Part shown: piece after piece, positions 20,401 to 28,125 of the stretch
Layout: every line of letters starts with the position of its first letter
How positions within the stretch are numbered: position 1 is the stretch's first letter
Assembly (NCBI GenBank): GCA_947501605.1
Contig: CANMWZ010000002.1
Coordinates: 96,001-160,000, forward strand
DNA: 64,000 nucleotides
From: Planctomycetota bacterium
GTDB lineage: Bacteria; Planctomycetota; UBA1135; UBA2386
Reading direction: 5' to 3'
Program-made: the position numbers and the translations under genes
Notes under the pieces: generated by a model
Databases searched by the model: none
What the model saw: only the letters and a program-made list of their open reading frames with translations
What the model was told of the DNA's origin: nothing

Positions 20401-20582
20401 TCCTCCGGCGATGCACCCGGCAGCAGCGTGCGGATGGTCACGGTCGGCAGATCGACGGCCGGGTAGCGATCGACCGGCAGCTTGGCAAAGCCGATGGCGC
20501 CGGCGACGACCATCAGCAAGATCAGCATCGACGCGAACACCGGGCGATCGATGCAAACCTGCGCGAGCTTCTGCACCGTCAA
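17424..20582 (-). CDS. RND efflux transporter permease (AcrB/AcrD/AcrF family)
   Basis: RPVFA, GIVIDDAIVVLEN, KKNAIL.VD, RLRPILMTTLA. Confidence 0.95.
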   Translation of the reverse strand: MTVQKLAQVCIDRPVFASMLILLMVVAGAIGFAKLPVDRYPAVDLPTVTIRTLLPGASPEEVEVTVSQPVEEAVNTVEGITELRSISSSGSSLVLATFALERDIDVAAQDVRDRLAQVIRNLPRDAELPVVSKFDNDSSPALTIAVAGDRPLRELTEIADKRVRTALERCRGVGGISLEGGHRRAINVFVDADRLAAYGMPITRVQQAILRQNSDVPGGNVTDTRRERTLRTMGRYVDPAAFADLVVETRNGVPIHLADIGRAEDGIEEVRSFTRLDGVPSVVLDVRRTSGANTVAVIAEVKKAMAKLRASLPSDVRLEIVRDQSRYIEAALHEIEFHLIAGALLASLVVLVFLRSWRATLVAAVAIPASVITAFALMWAFDFTLNSITMLALVLMVGIVIDDAIVVLENVHRWANENGVSPFAAARGATKEIGLAVLATTLSLVVIFVPISFLSSISGRFLYQFGITSAAAILVSLVVSFSLTPAMAARMLSSGALLHSTRRTWSERSYMRLLDVCLRWPKATLVLALMVMASVVPLYGMVRQDYIPSDVDEGEFEVRAQGPEGASMEAMAQVFVAIEDELRQVPAVRTMLTNVGGGFVGGSNQGEIYVRIAPFEQRRFTAGRLWRALLAGDPLAAWRGNYSQSDVMGDIRRRLRKFPSLRCSVRNQRSFNIGGGNFDIDFSIRGPELPKLAEYAEALRQRAIELGGMVDLDTTLRLERPELRVEIDRERAGTLGVDTQDIALALRLLVGGDPEVGRFRDPQLDEEYDVRLRLRDEDRTDPVAFRGLLVARSDGAPVRLDSVARSIDDVTSASRIDRLDRQRESRLRGGIARGYALADRIAALRQAATELGMPVEYTTAVSGRARELETTFAEFQVAFLLSILFMYMILAAQFESLWQPLVILLALPMAAPFALLSLVVTGETLNLYSALGVLVLFGMVKKNAILQVDHSNQLLAKGLPLEEAVRQGSRDRLRPILMTTLAFVAGMLPLAIGTGPGAEERKAISVVVIGGQMFCLVLSLVLTPVAYAYVQRYRLRSRPERCGDEVQDLILP

Positions 20583-21793
20583 TCCCTCACGCGCACAGGG
20601 GCCCCAGGAACGAGGCCGCGCGGATCGGTGACGAACGGTTGTTCCGCCCCCAAACCGCGACGAACTTCGACTAGGTCTCCTTGGCGCCGGCCCAGTTCGA
20701 CCAACCGGTCCTTGACGGTGCCCGCGAGCACCACAAAGACGCGATCCACGCCGGCGAACGACGCGACTGCCGACTGCGGGATCGCGACCGCGCTTTGCGC
20801 CGTTGCGACCACGATCTCTGCGCGACAGAAGGCGCCCGGCCGCAGCAGCAGCGCCGCGTTCTCGACCTCAGCTTCGACCAATTGCGTGCGATCGACCAGA
20901 TCGATGGACGGTCCGAGTCGCCGCACCAACCCCTGGTGCCGCACATCGCCGCCGCCGTCGACGCTGAACTCCACCCGCTGATCGGCCGCAACGCGAAAGG
21001 CCTGACGCTCGGGGACACGCAGGCGCAGGCGAAGAGGATCCGTCCGCAACAGGGTCAGCACCGAGTCGCCGACTCGCAAATAGCTGCCGGGCGAGCGCCG
21101 ACGGACGGCAACACGGCCAGCAAACGGCGCCAGCAACTGCGAGTCCGTGGTGCGCTTCTGTGCCGTGGCAAGGTCGACGCGACGCGACGCGTACTCGGCG
21201 ATCCAGGTTGCGACCTGGTCGCGCGCCGCCTGCAGTCGGCTCTGTGCCACGCCCACGGTGGCATTGGAGGTGTCGAGGTTTGCTTGCGAGCCGAGCTGCT
21301 GTTGCACGAGTTCGCGAACGCGTTCCCGCGCCAATTCAGCTTCGAGCAGGACTGCTTTGGCTTCGCGCACGGGCGCCGCCTCTTCGGGCTGCACGGCAGT
21401 GGCATCGTCCTGCGGCGGCAACGACAACCGGACCCGCGCAACGGTCAACGCGGCACGGGCGCGGGCCAGTTCGAGCTCGAAGTCTGCGGGCTCGAGCGCG
21501 GCCAACACGGCGCCTGCCTCGACCACATCGCCGACGTCGACCGCGAGCGTCCGCAACCGTCCTTCGACCTGGAAGCCCAGTTCGAGTTCCTCTTGCGCCG
21601 CCAGCACACCGGTCACGACGAGGCGATCTTCGAGTTGCAGAGTGGTCGGCGTCGCCAGAGTCACCACCTTGGGCTCCGCCGCGCCCGCGCCCGCCGTCGC
21701 CTTCGCTTCACTGCCGCGGCACCCGACGAGCACCGATGCGAACCAAAAGGCTGTGGCCGTCGGCCAGGTGACGAGCCACGCCGGTCGCGTCAC
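20579..21793 (-). CDS. RND efflux periplasmic adaptor (MFP) subunit
   Basis: Lipobox-like LVGC, lipoyl-hairpin VDVGDVVEAGAVLA, APFAGRV, LRPG.F. GTG start overlaps the upstream ATP-grasp stop. Confidence 0.9.
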   Translation of the reverse strand: MTRPAWLVTWPTATAFWFASVLVGCRGSEAKATAGAGAAEPKVVTLATPTTLQLEDRLVVTGVLAAQEELELGFQVEGRLRTLAVDVGDVVEAGAVLAALEPADFELELARARAALTVARVRLSLPPQDDATAVQPEEAAPVREAKAVLLEAELARERVRELVQQQLGSQANLDTSNATVGVAQSRLQAARDQVATWIAEYASRRVDLATAQKRTTDSQLLAPFAGRVAVRRRSPGSYLRVGDSVLTLLRTDPLRLRLRVPERQAFRVAADQRVEFSVDGGGDVRHQGLVRRLGPSIDLVDRTQLVEAEVENAALLLRPGAFCRAEIVVATAQSAVAIPQSAVASFAGVDRVFVVLAGTVKDRLVELGRRQGDLVEVRRGLGAEQPFVTDPRGLVPGAPVRVRD

Positions 21794-23007
21794 GACGCGA
21801 CCACCTTGAGCTCGCTGCCAAAGCCGTCGGCCATCTCTTGCGTGAACGCGAGATCCGGATGCCGCACGACGATCCAGCCGTCGCCAACGATCACCTTGCG
21901 CCAATCGCGGCGCGGTTCGCCGATCGGTGTCAGCTCGAGGTTGGCGACGTGCGGGCCGTAGCGCTGCAGCAGCGACTGCAGTCCGTCGTAGCGGCGGACC
22001 GTGCCGTCGCCGTCGGCGCGCTTGAAGATCATCGCGGCGTTGTACTTGCGGGTCACTTCCTGGCCGAGCGAGCCGTGCACGACCGCGTGAGCCCAGCCGC
22101 GGAACAGATCCATATCGCAGGCATAGTTCATGGCGTGCACGAGCCGGGCCCCGGCGGCGCGCGCGCCGATCTCGCCAAACACCGCTTCGCCATTCGGCTT
22201 CAAGAACCACTCCATGTGCGTGAAGCCGGTCGTGAACGACAGCGCCTTCAACACCTGCAGGCCGAGCGCGACGCCGGGCTTGGCCAGCGGCGTCGATAGG
22301 TCACGCAGAATGATGTTCTGCATCGAGATCCACGGGTTGTGCTGGAGCAACAGCGGCTTCGGTCGGTACCACGCGACGTTCTGGTAGAGCACGTTGCCGT
22401 GGGCGCAGATCGTGTCGAACGTCAGTTCTTCGCCTTCGATGTACTCCTCGACCGAGATCTCCTCGACGTGCCGCGTGGCCTGCAGAGCGCGTTCGAACTC
22501 GGCCTTGTCGTTGCAGCGGTGCGTGTCCTTGCTGCCAGCTCCCGCGATCGGCTTGACGATCGCCGGGTAGCCCGTTTGTTCGACGGCAGCAAAGGCCTCG
22601 GCCATGGTGCGCGCACGACCGTGACGCGGCACGCGCACGCCGGCGCGCTCCACCACCTGCTTCATCACTTCCTTGTCGCGAAACGGCACCGTCTGCGCGA
22701 CCGTCATGCCCGGCAACGAGAACTGCTCGCGCATGCGCGCCGCCAGCAGCATTTGCGTCTCCCACAGCGACTCGACGCGGTCGATCGTGCGGCCGCGCAA
22801 CCACGCGCGAACGGCGTCAATCGTGCCTTGCTCGTCGGCGAGACTACGGACCTGCAGATAGTCGGACAGGCCTTGCCGCGCCTCGCTGGGCAGCGCCTGC
22901 CGCGGTTGGTCGCCGACGCCGAAGACCTTGGCACCGACCTGCGCGAGTCCGCGCGTGAACAGTGGCATCTCGGCCGGGAACCCAGGGCTCAGGAACAGGA
23001 CGTTCAT
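21790..23007 (-). CDS. ATP-grasp domain protein (L-amino acid ligase-like), paralogue 1
   Basis: FRDKEVMK, IVKPIAGAGS, VEEYIEGEE, HMEWF, EIGARAAG. Confidence 0.88.
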   Translation of the reverse strand: MNVLFLSPGFPAEMPLFTRGLAQVGAKVFGVGDQPRQALPSEARQGLSDYLQVRSLADEQGTIDAVRAWLRGRTIDRVESLWETQMLLAARMREQFSLPGMTVAQTVPFRDKEVMKQVVERAGVRVPRHGRARTMAEAFAAVEQTGYPAIVKPIAGAGSKDTHRCNDKAEFERALQATRHVEEISVEEYIEGEELTFDTICAHGNVLYQNVAWYRPKPLLLQHNPWISMQNIILRDLSTPLAKPGVALGLQVLKALSFTTGFTHMEWFLKPNGEAVFGEIGARAAGARLVHAMNYACDMDLFRGWAHAVVHGSLGQEVTRKYNAAMIFKRADGDGTVRRYDGLQSLLQRYGPHVANLELTPIGEPRRDWRKVIVGDGWIVVRHPDLAFTQEMADGFGSELKVVAS

Positions 23008-23041
23008 GTGTTCTCCTCGCGCTTTGCTGCGTTGCCTTTGT

Positions 23042-24262
23042 TCAGCCCAACTGGACGCGCACGCGCTCCGCCAGTTGCTTCACGGCGCGCTCGACCACGA
23101 TGGTGTCGGGATGGCGCACGATTACATAGCCTTCGCCTTCGTAGCTGTCGGCCTTCGGTTGCCCGGGCTTGGGCAGCTTCTGCTCGACGATCAAGTTGCC
23201 GAGCGCCTGCTGCAATGGCTCGAAGCCTGTGACGCCCTTGACCTCGCCGTTACCAACACCGCGCAAGTAGACGGCGCCAGCGGCATAGTTGCGCTGCGGC
23301 AGCGCGAACGAACCGAAGATCATCAACTGCGCAAAGGCGCGATACATGTCGGTGTCGTGGGCGTAGCTCATCAGGGTCATGAACTGCGCCCCCGGCGGTC
23401 GCGCCGCGACTTCGCCGATGGCGATCGAACCATCGCGCCGCAGAAACCACTCCATGTGCGCCATGCCGGTCCACATGCCGAGGGCGCGGAGAGCCTGTGG
23501 TCCGGTCGCTCGGATCGGTGCAAAACGCTCGGTGGCGATATCGCGCGGCAACACGACGCACCATTGCACTTCCGGGTCTTCGAGCACCTGCAGCGGCGTC
23601 GGGTGGTACTCGCCGATGCTGTGGAACGCGTGGCGCCCTTCGATGGTGATCGCGTCAAACGAGAACTCGCTGCCCTGCACGAACTCCTCGAGCAGCACGG
23701 CCCGCTCTGGGCCGACGCGAACGCCCTGCAAGAAACTCCGCAGCCCTGCTTCATCGACCAGGCGCTCCGTCGTCTTGGCGCCAGCCCCGAAAGGCGGCTT
23801 GCCAACCAGCGGGTAGCCCGAGGTGCGAGCAAAGGCAACGCCCTCCTCGACGCCGTGGCAGAGCAGGTAGCGCGCGCACGGCAGACCGTGCTCGGCGAGC
23901 ACCGCCTTCATCTGGGCCTTGTCGCGAAAGTTGCTCGCCTCGCTGCGATCCATGCCGCGGATCCGCAGGGTCTCTCGCACCTCGGCGAGAGGTTCTTGGA
24001 GCTGCTCGAGGATCCCGAGCAACGCGTCCACCGAACCGAGCTGACGCCCGAGCTTTTGCACGGCAACTGTCAACTGCGCTGCCGAGAGGCCATCGTCGAC
24101 GCGCAAGAAACCGGCCAGCAGGTGTCGGAGCTCCTCAGGCAGCTTGTCGACGGGGTCCTGCGACACCAACGCGAGCCGCACGTCCGGCAACATCGCGGCC
24201 GCGCGCACGAAGCGCAGCGAACTTTCCTTCGCGAAGGGCAGTACGAAGACGACGTTGGGCAT
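23042..24262 (-). CDS. ATP-grasp domain protein (L-amino acid ligase-like), paralogue 2
   Basis: FRDKAQMK, VGKPPFGAGA, LEEFVQGSE, HMEWF, EVAARPPG. Start re-assigned to MPNVVF. Confidence 0.88.
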   Translation of the reverse strand: MPNVVFVLPFAKESSLRFVRAAAMLPDVRLALVSQDPVDKLPEELRHLLAGFLRVDDGLSAAQLTVAVQKLGRQLGSVDALLGILEQLQEPLAEVRETLRIRGMDRSEASNFRDKAQMKAVLAEHGLPCARYLLCHGVEEGVAFARTSGYPLVGKPPFGAGAKTTERLVDEAGLRSFLQGVRVGPERAVLLEEFVQGSEFSFDAITIEGRHAFHSIGEYHPTPLQVLEDPEVQWCVVLPRDIATERFAPIRATGPQALRALGMWTGMAHMEWFLRRDGSIAIGEVAARPPGAQFMTLMSYAHDTDMYRAFAQLMIFGSFALPQRNYAAGAVYLRGVGNGEVKGVTGFEPLQQALGNLIVEQKLPKPGQPKADSYEGEGYVIVRHPDTIVVERAVKQLAERVRVQLG

Positions 24263-24366
24263 CGGCGCAGCATAGCCAGAGCCTCGCCGCTGCCGAACGA
24301 CCTCGTTGTGCGAATGCCGTCGGGCCCGCGCTTGCACCGCCCCGCCCCGCCTGTTGTCATCGCCAT

Positions 24367-25827
24367 ATGCGCCCGCTCGCTATCGCCATGGTCGGCTCCG
24401 AAGCCGCCCCCTTTGCCAAGACCGGCGGCCTCGCCGACGTCATCACCGGTCTCTCGCGCTATCTCGCGAGCCAAGGTCACGACGTGCGCGTGTTCTTGCC
24501 GTACTACAAGCGCATCGCCGAGAGCGGGCTCGAGCCACCGTTCGTCGAACACGGCAAGGACATCGAGGTTCGCTGCGGCGGGCGCACGATCCGGTTCTCG
24601 CTGCGCGCCGGCGAGCTACCGGGCAGCAAGGCGAAGCTCTACCTGGTCGACTGCCGCGAGCTCTACTGGCGCGATGGGCTCTACACGCAGGACGGCGACG
24701 AGGCGCTGCGGTTTGCGTTCTTGTCGCGCGCGGTGCTGGAGACGTGCCAACGGCTCGGCTGGGCGCCCGATGTACTTCACTGCAACGACTGGCACACGGC
24801 GCTGCTGCCGCTCTACCTGAAGACGGTCTACCAGTGGGACAAGCTGTTCGCGCGCACCAAGACGGTGCTGACGATCCACAACATCGGCTACCAGGGGATG
24901 TTTCCGGACTCGGTGCTCGACCAGATCGGACTCAACGACCACCGCGCGCACGTGCACCACGGCGACCTGAAGGACGGGCGCATCAGCTTCTTGAAGACGG
25001 GTGTGCTGCACGCGACCAAGCTGACGACGGTGTCGCGCACGTACGCGAAGGAGATCCAGACGGCCGAGTACGGGATGGGGATGGACGAGTTGCTGCGCAC
25101 GCGCAGCCACGACCTGTCGGGGATCGTGAACGGCGTCGACTACGGCGACTGGGATCCGAAGGGTGACCCGCTGATCCCGCACCAGTACAGCCAGAAGGAC
25201 ATGTCGGGGAAGGCGCGCATGAAGGCGGCGCTCCTGGCGCGCATGGGACTGTCGTACGAGGCGAAGGCGCCGGTGTTCGGGGTGGTCTCGCGGCTCACAT
25301 CGCAGAAGGGCTTCGACCTGTTCGCCGACTCGATCCCGATCTACCTACAGCGCGAGAACATGAGGCTGTGCGTGCTTGGGTCAGGCGACGCGCACCACGA
25401 GAAGTACTTCCAATGGCTGCGGGATACGTGGCCCACGAAGGTGGGGATCTACCGCGGGTATCACGACGAGCTGGCGCACTGGGTCGAGGCCGGCAGCGAC
25501 GTGTTCTTGATGCCGAGCCGGTATGAACCGTGCGGGTTGAATCAGATGTACTCGCTGCGCTATGGCACGCCGCCGGTCGTGCGTAGGACGGGTGGATTGG
25601 CGGACACCGTGCAGATGTGGGACCCGAAGGCGGGCACGGGGACCGGGTTCACGTTCGACGAGTTCTCGAGCCACGCGCTGGCGGCGACGCTCAGTTGGGT
25701 GTTCAAGAACTGGGCGGACCAGAAGGGCTGGCAGAACCTGATCCAGAACGGGATGGCAATGGACTTCAGCTGGCAGAAGCAGGGGCCGGAGTACGAAGCG
25801 CTGTATCGCGGGTTGGCTGGGGTGTAA
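24367..25827 (+). CDS. glgA: Glycogen synthase (GT5)
   Basis: PFAKTGGLADV, HCNDWHT, TIHNIGYQG, SRLTSQKG, PSRYEPCGLNQMY. Confidence 0.96.
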   Translation: MRPLAIAMVGSEAAPFAKTGGLADVITGLSRYLASQGHDVRVFLPYYKRIAESGLEPPFVEHGKDIEVRCGGRTIRFSLRAGELPGSKAKLYLVDCRELYWRDGLYTQDGDEALRFAFLSRAVLETCQRLGWAPDVLHCNDWHTALLPLYLKTVYQWDKLFARTKTVLTIHNIGYQGMFPDSVLDQIGLNDHRAHVHHGDLKDGRISFLKTGVLHATKLTTVSRTYAKEIQTAEYGMGMDELLRTRSHDLSGIVNGVDYGDWDPKGDPLIPHQYSQKDMSGKARMKAALLARMGLSYEAKAPVFGVVSRLTSQKGFDLFADSIPIYLQRENMRLCVLGSGDAHHEKYFQWLRDTWPTKVGIYRGYHDELAHWVEAGSDVFLMPSRYEPCGLNQMYSLRYGTPPVVRRTGGLADTVQMWDPKAGTGTGFTFDEFSSHALAATLSWVFKNWADQKGWQNLIQNGMAMDFSWQKQGPEYEALYRGLAGV

Positions 25828-25847
25828 GGGGCCCGAAAGCCCCCTTT
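25826..25847. terminator. Hairpin between convergent genes; likely intrinsic terminator
   Basis: AAGGGGC-CCGAAA-GCCCCCTTT immediately after the glgA stop. Confidence 0.5.
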
Positions 25848-25926
25848 CCATCCACTTCCATGCGGTGAGCACCGGCTCCGCTCGGGCCTGCGGGCCCAAG
25901 CCTCCGAGCGGGCTCGGACTACTAGT

Positions 25927-27111
25927 TCACGGGACGAGAACTGGGGCGAGGAAGACGCGGAACCCGACACTGTTGTAGGCGCCAGAGGCATCGCCGCTGG
26001 CCCGATGCGCAGCGCGGCAGGCATTCGAATAGAGGCCGAAGCTACCGCCGCGTCGGACGCGTTCCGGGCCGCTCGACACAAGTGGATCGGACACAGCGGA
26101 CGAAGGGTAGTTCGCCGACAAATCCCACGAGTCGAGGCACCACTCCCAAACGTTGCCGGCAACATCGTGGAGCCCCCACGGATTGGCAGGATAGCTGCCG
26201 ACGTTCGCCGTGTGGCCGATGCTGCAGGAAGTGTTGGTGTGGTAGCTGAACCAGAAGTTCGCTTGCCCGCACGCCATCGCCTGGCCCCACCAGTACTCCG
26301 TCGTCGTCCCCGCGCGGTAGCAGTACTCCCACTCCGCCTCGGTCGGCAGGCGGTATTGGAAGCCAGCAGGCACCCGACCCGCAGCGGCCTCCGACGCCGT
26401 CAGCGCCTGGCAGTAGGCCATCGCCTGGGTCCATGTGACCTGCTCCACCGGCCGCTGCGGACCAGTGAAGTTCGACGGGTTGCTCCCCATCACCGCTTGG
26501 TACTCCGCCTGCGTCGCCTCGTACTTCCCGATCCAGAACGGCTGCGTGATCGTCACCGCGTGAACAGGCTGCGCGTTCGCCTGGTTGAACAAGGGCGCAG
26601 CGTTCCACGGCGTCACCGGCGAGCCCATCTGGAACGTCCCCGGCTGGATCCGGACCATGTTCAGCCCCTGCCCGATCACCCCCTGCCCGATCGTCAACTC
26701 GAGGTCGTTGTCCGCCCACGCGATGTCACTCGTCGCGAAGTCCACGTCGACGGTCTGCACGTCGAACGAGAAGCCCTGGAACACGAAGTCCGTCGGGATC
26801 GGCACCGAGACCCCGTGGCTCCCCGACCCGTCGAGCAACCAGAACGACGTCAGCAGTTGGTTGTTCAGGTCGACGCGCACGAGCCCGTTCGAGGTGAAGC
26901 CCGGCACCGTGAGCGGCTGCGATGTCAGCTCGGGCAGCGTCAGCAGGAAGAACCCGAAGCGACCCGCCGCCGAAGCCGGATACGTCGCCGTGTAGGTCGA
27001 CGTGACGCCGAGATCAGGAAGCGTGCCGAGGGTCACCGAGCGACCTGTCTGTGCCATTGCCGCCGCGACGCAGAGGACGAGCGCGCATGAGGAGCGGAGC
27101 AACCTGGACAT
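25927..27111 (-). CDS. Secreted FGE-sulfatase/C-type-lectin-fold protein; candidate DGR target
   Basis: Signal peptide, GTFQMGS, FWIGKYEATQ, YRLPTEAEWEY, ANPWGLHDVAGNVWEWC, RGGSF...GFR. Confidence 0.88.
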   Translation of the reverse strand: MSRLLRSSCALVLCVAAAMAQTGRSVTLGTLPDLGVTSTYTATYPASAAGRFGFFLLTLPELTSQPLTVPGFTSNGLVRVDLNNQLLTSFWLLDGSGSHGVSVPIPTDFVFQGFSFDVQTVDVDFATSDIAWADNDLELTIGQGVIGQGLNMVRIQPGTFQMGSPVTPWNAAPLFNQANAQPVHAVTITQPFWIGKYEATQAEYQAVMGSNPSNFTGPQRPVEQVTWTQAMAYCQALTASEAAAGRVPAGFQYRLPTEAEWEYCYRAGTTTEYWWGQAMACGQANFWFSYHTNTSCSIGHTANVGSYPANPWGLHDVAGNVWEWCLDSWDLSANYPSSAVSDPLVSSGPERVRRGGSFGLYSNACRAAHRASGDASGAYNSVGFRVFLAPVLVP

Positions 27112-27345
27112 CTTCGGACTCCCGGCCCCCGTCGAGGGCGAAGTGGGACAGCATTCCTCGATCCCGTGCATCGCGACTCCAGCCGCCGCAAGCCGTCCGA
27201 GAAACCAGGATCGTCGAGGAACCTAACGACAGGTCAACCCGAGGAGCTCACATTTCTCTCCCGACGAACTCTCCGCATCGCACCGCGAGGCAATAGGGCT
27301 GGGCCCCGGCCCAGGCGATCCGCTCCGCGCCTCTTCGACCCCGCC

Positions 27346-27954
27346 TCACGACTCCATCGCCGGCGGCATCTGCGCGATGCGCCACAGCTCGCGATACTTC
27401 TCGCGAACGTAACTGTGCAGCCCGCCCGCGAAGTGCTCCCCCAACTCGTTCGCGCGAATCAACCGGATCACGTCGTCGAAGTCGCGCGGCCGGTCGGGCG
27501 CGGTCATCGCACTCGCGACCTTCATCCCCACCAGCGTCGCAAGATCGACATACCGCTTGCCCACTTTCTCGATCGCCACGTCCTTCGGATCGGGGAACGT
27601 CATCCCCCTCATCACGCCGTCGCCCGGCACGCCGCCCGTCAGCAGGAAGTCGATCGGCACTTTCGTCTCCGCATCCTTCACCCCGCGACTGCCGGGGAAC
27701 TTCTCGACGAAGCCGCGGCCCAACGCGTGCGCCTTGAACTGCGCGAGGCCCTCGGGTGTCAGCAGCACGTCGACGTCCTCGGTCGCGCGCCTCAACCCGT
27801 GCGCGTTCACGGCCATCGCCCCGCAGATCGCATACGGGATCCCCAACTCCTCCAACGTCTTGACCACGCGCGCCAGCGCTAGATGCACGTCCGAGGTGCC
27901 CATGAAGAACCTCCCGAGCTGTTCGATGCTGGCCAAGATCTCGGCGTCCTTCAT
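27346..27954 (-). CDS. Nucleotidyltransferase-fold protein (AbiEii-like)
   Basis: YAICGAMAVNAHG..RATEDVDVL, LVGMK, RPRDFDD. Only the last 202 aa of the 680-aa ORF appear real. Confidence 0.75.
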   Translation of the reverse strand: MKDAEILASIEQLGRFFMGTSDVHLALARVVKTLEELGIPYAICGAMAVNAHGLRRATEDVDVLLTPEGLAQFKAHALGRGFVEKFPGSRGVKDAETKVPIDFLLTGGVPGDGVMRGMTFPDPKDVAIEKVGKRYVDLATLVGMKVASAMTAPDRPRDFDDVIRLIRANELGEHFAGGLHSYVREKYRELWRIAQMPPAMES

Positions 27955-28125
27955 GGTCACCGCAGCATCTTGGCTCAGCGGACCTGACGCCGAAAGGGGG
28001 CAAGCGAAGCGCGCGATTCCTGAGCACGCCCTCCGCCACACCCGAGCCCATCCCCCAAGATCCCCGCCCCCCCGCCAACCTTCCCCGTCGCGCCGCCCCC
28101 GCCTCCATGGCATCCTCTCCCCGCC

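Noticed and set aside
17682..20981. 1099-aa plus-strand ORF
   Set aside because: Antisense shadow of the RND genes, typical of high-GC DNA; no motifs.
27112..27345. DGR template repeat next to the FGE gene
   Set aside because: No AAC-rich copy of the variable region is visible here or in other intergenic gaps I inspected.
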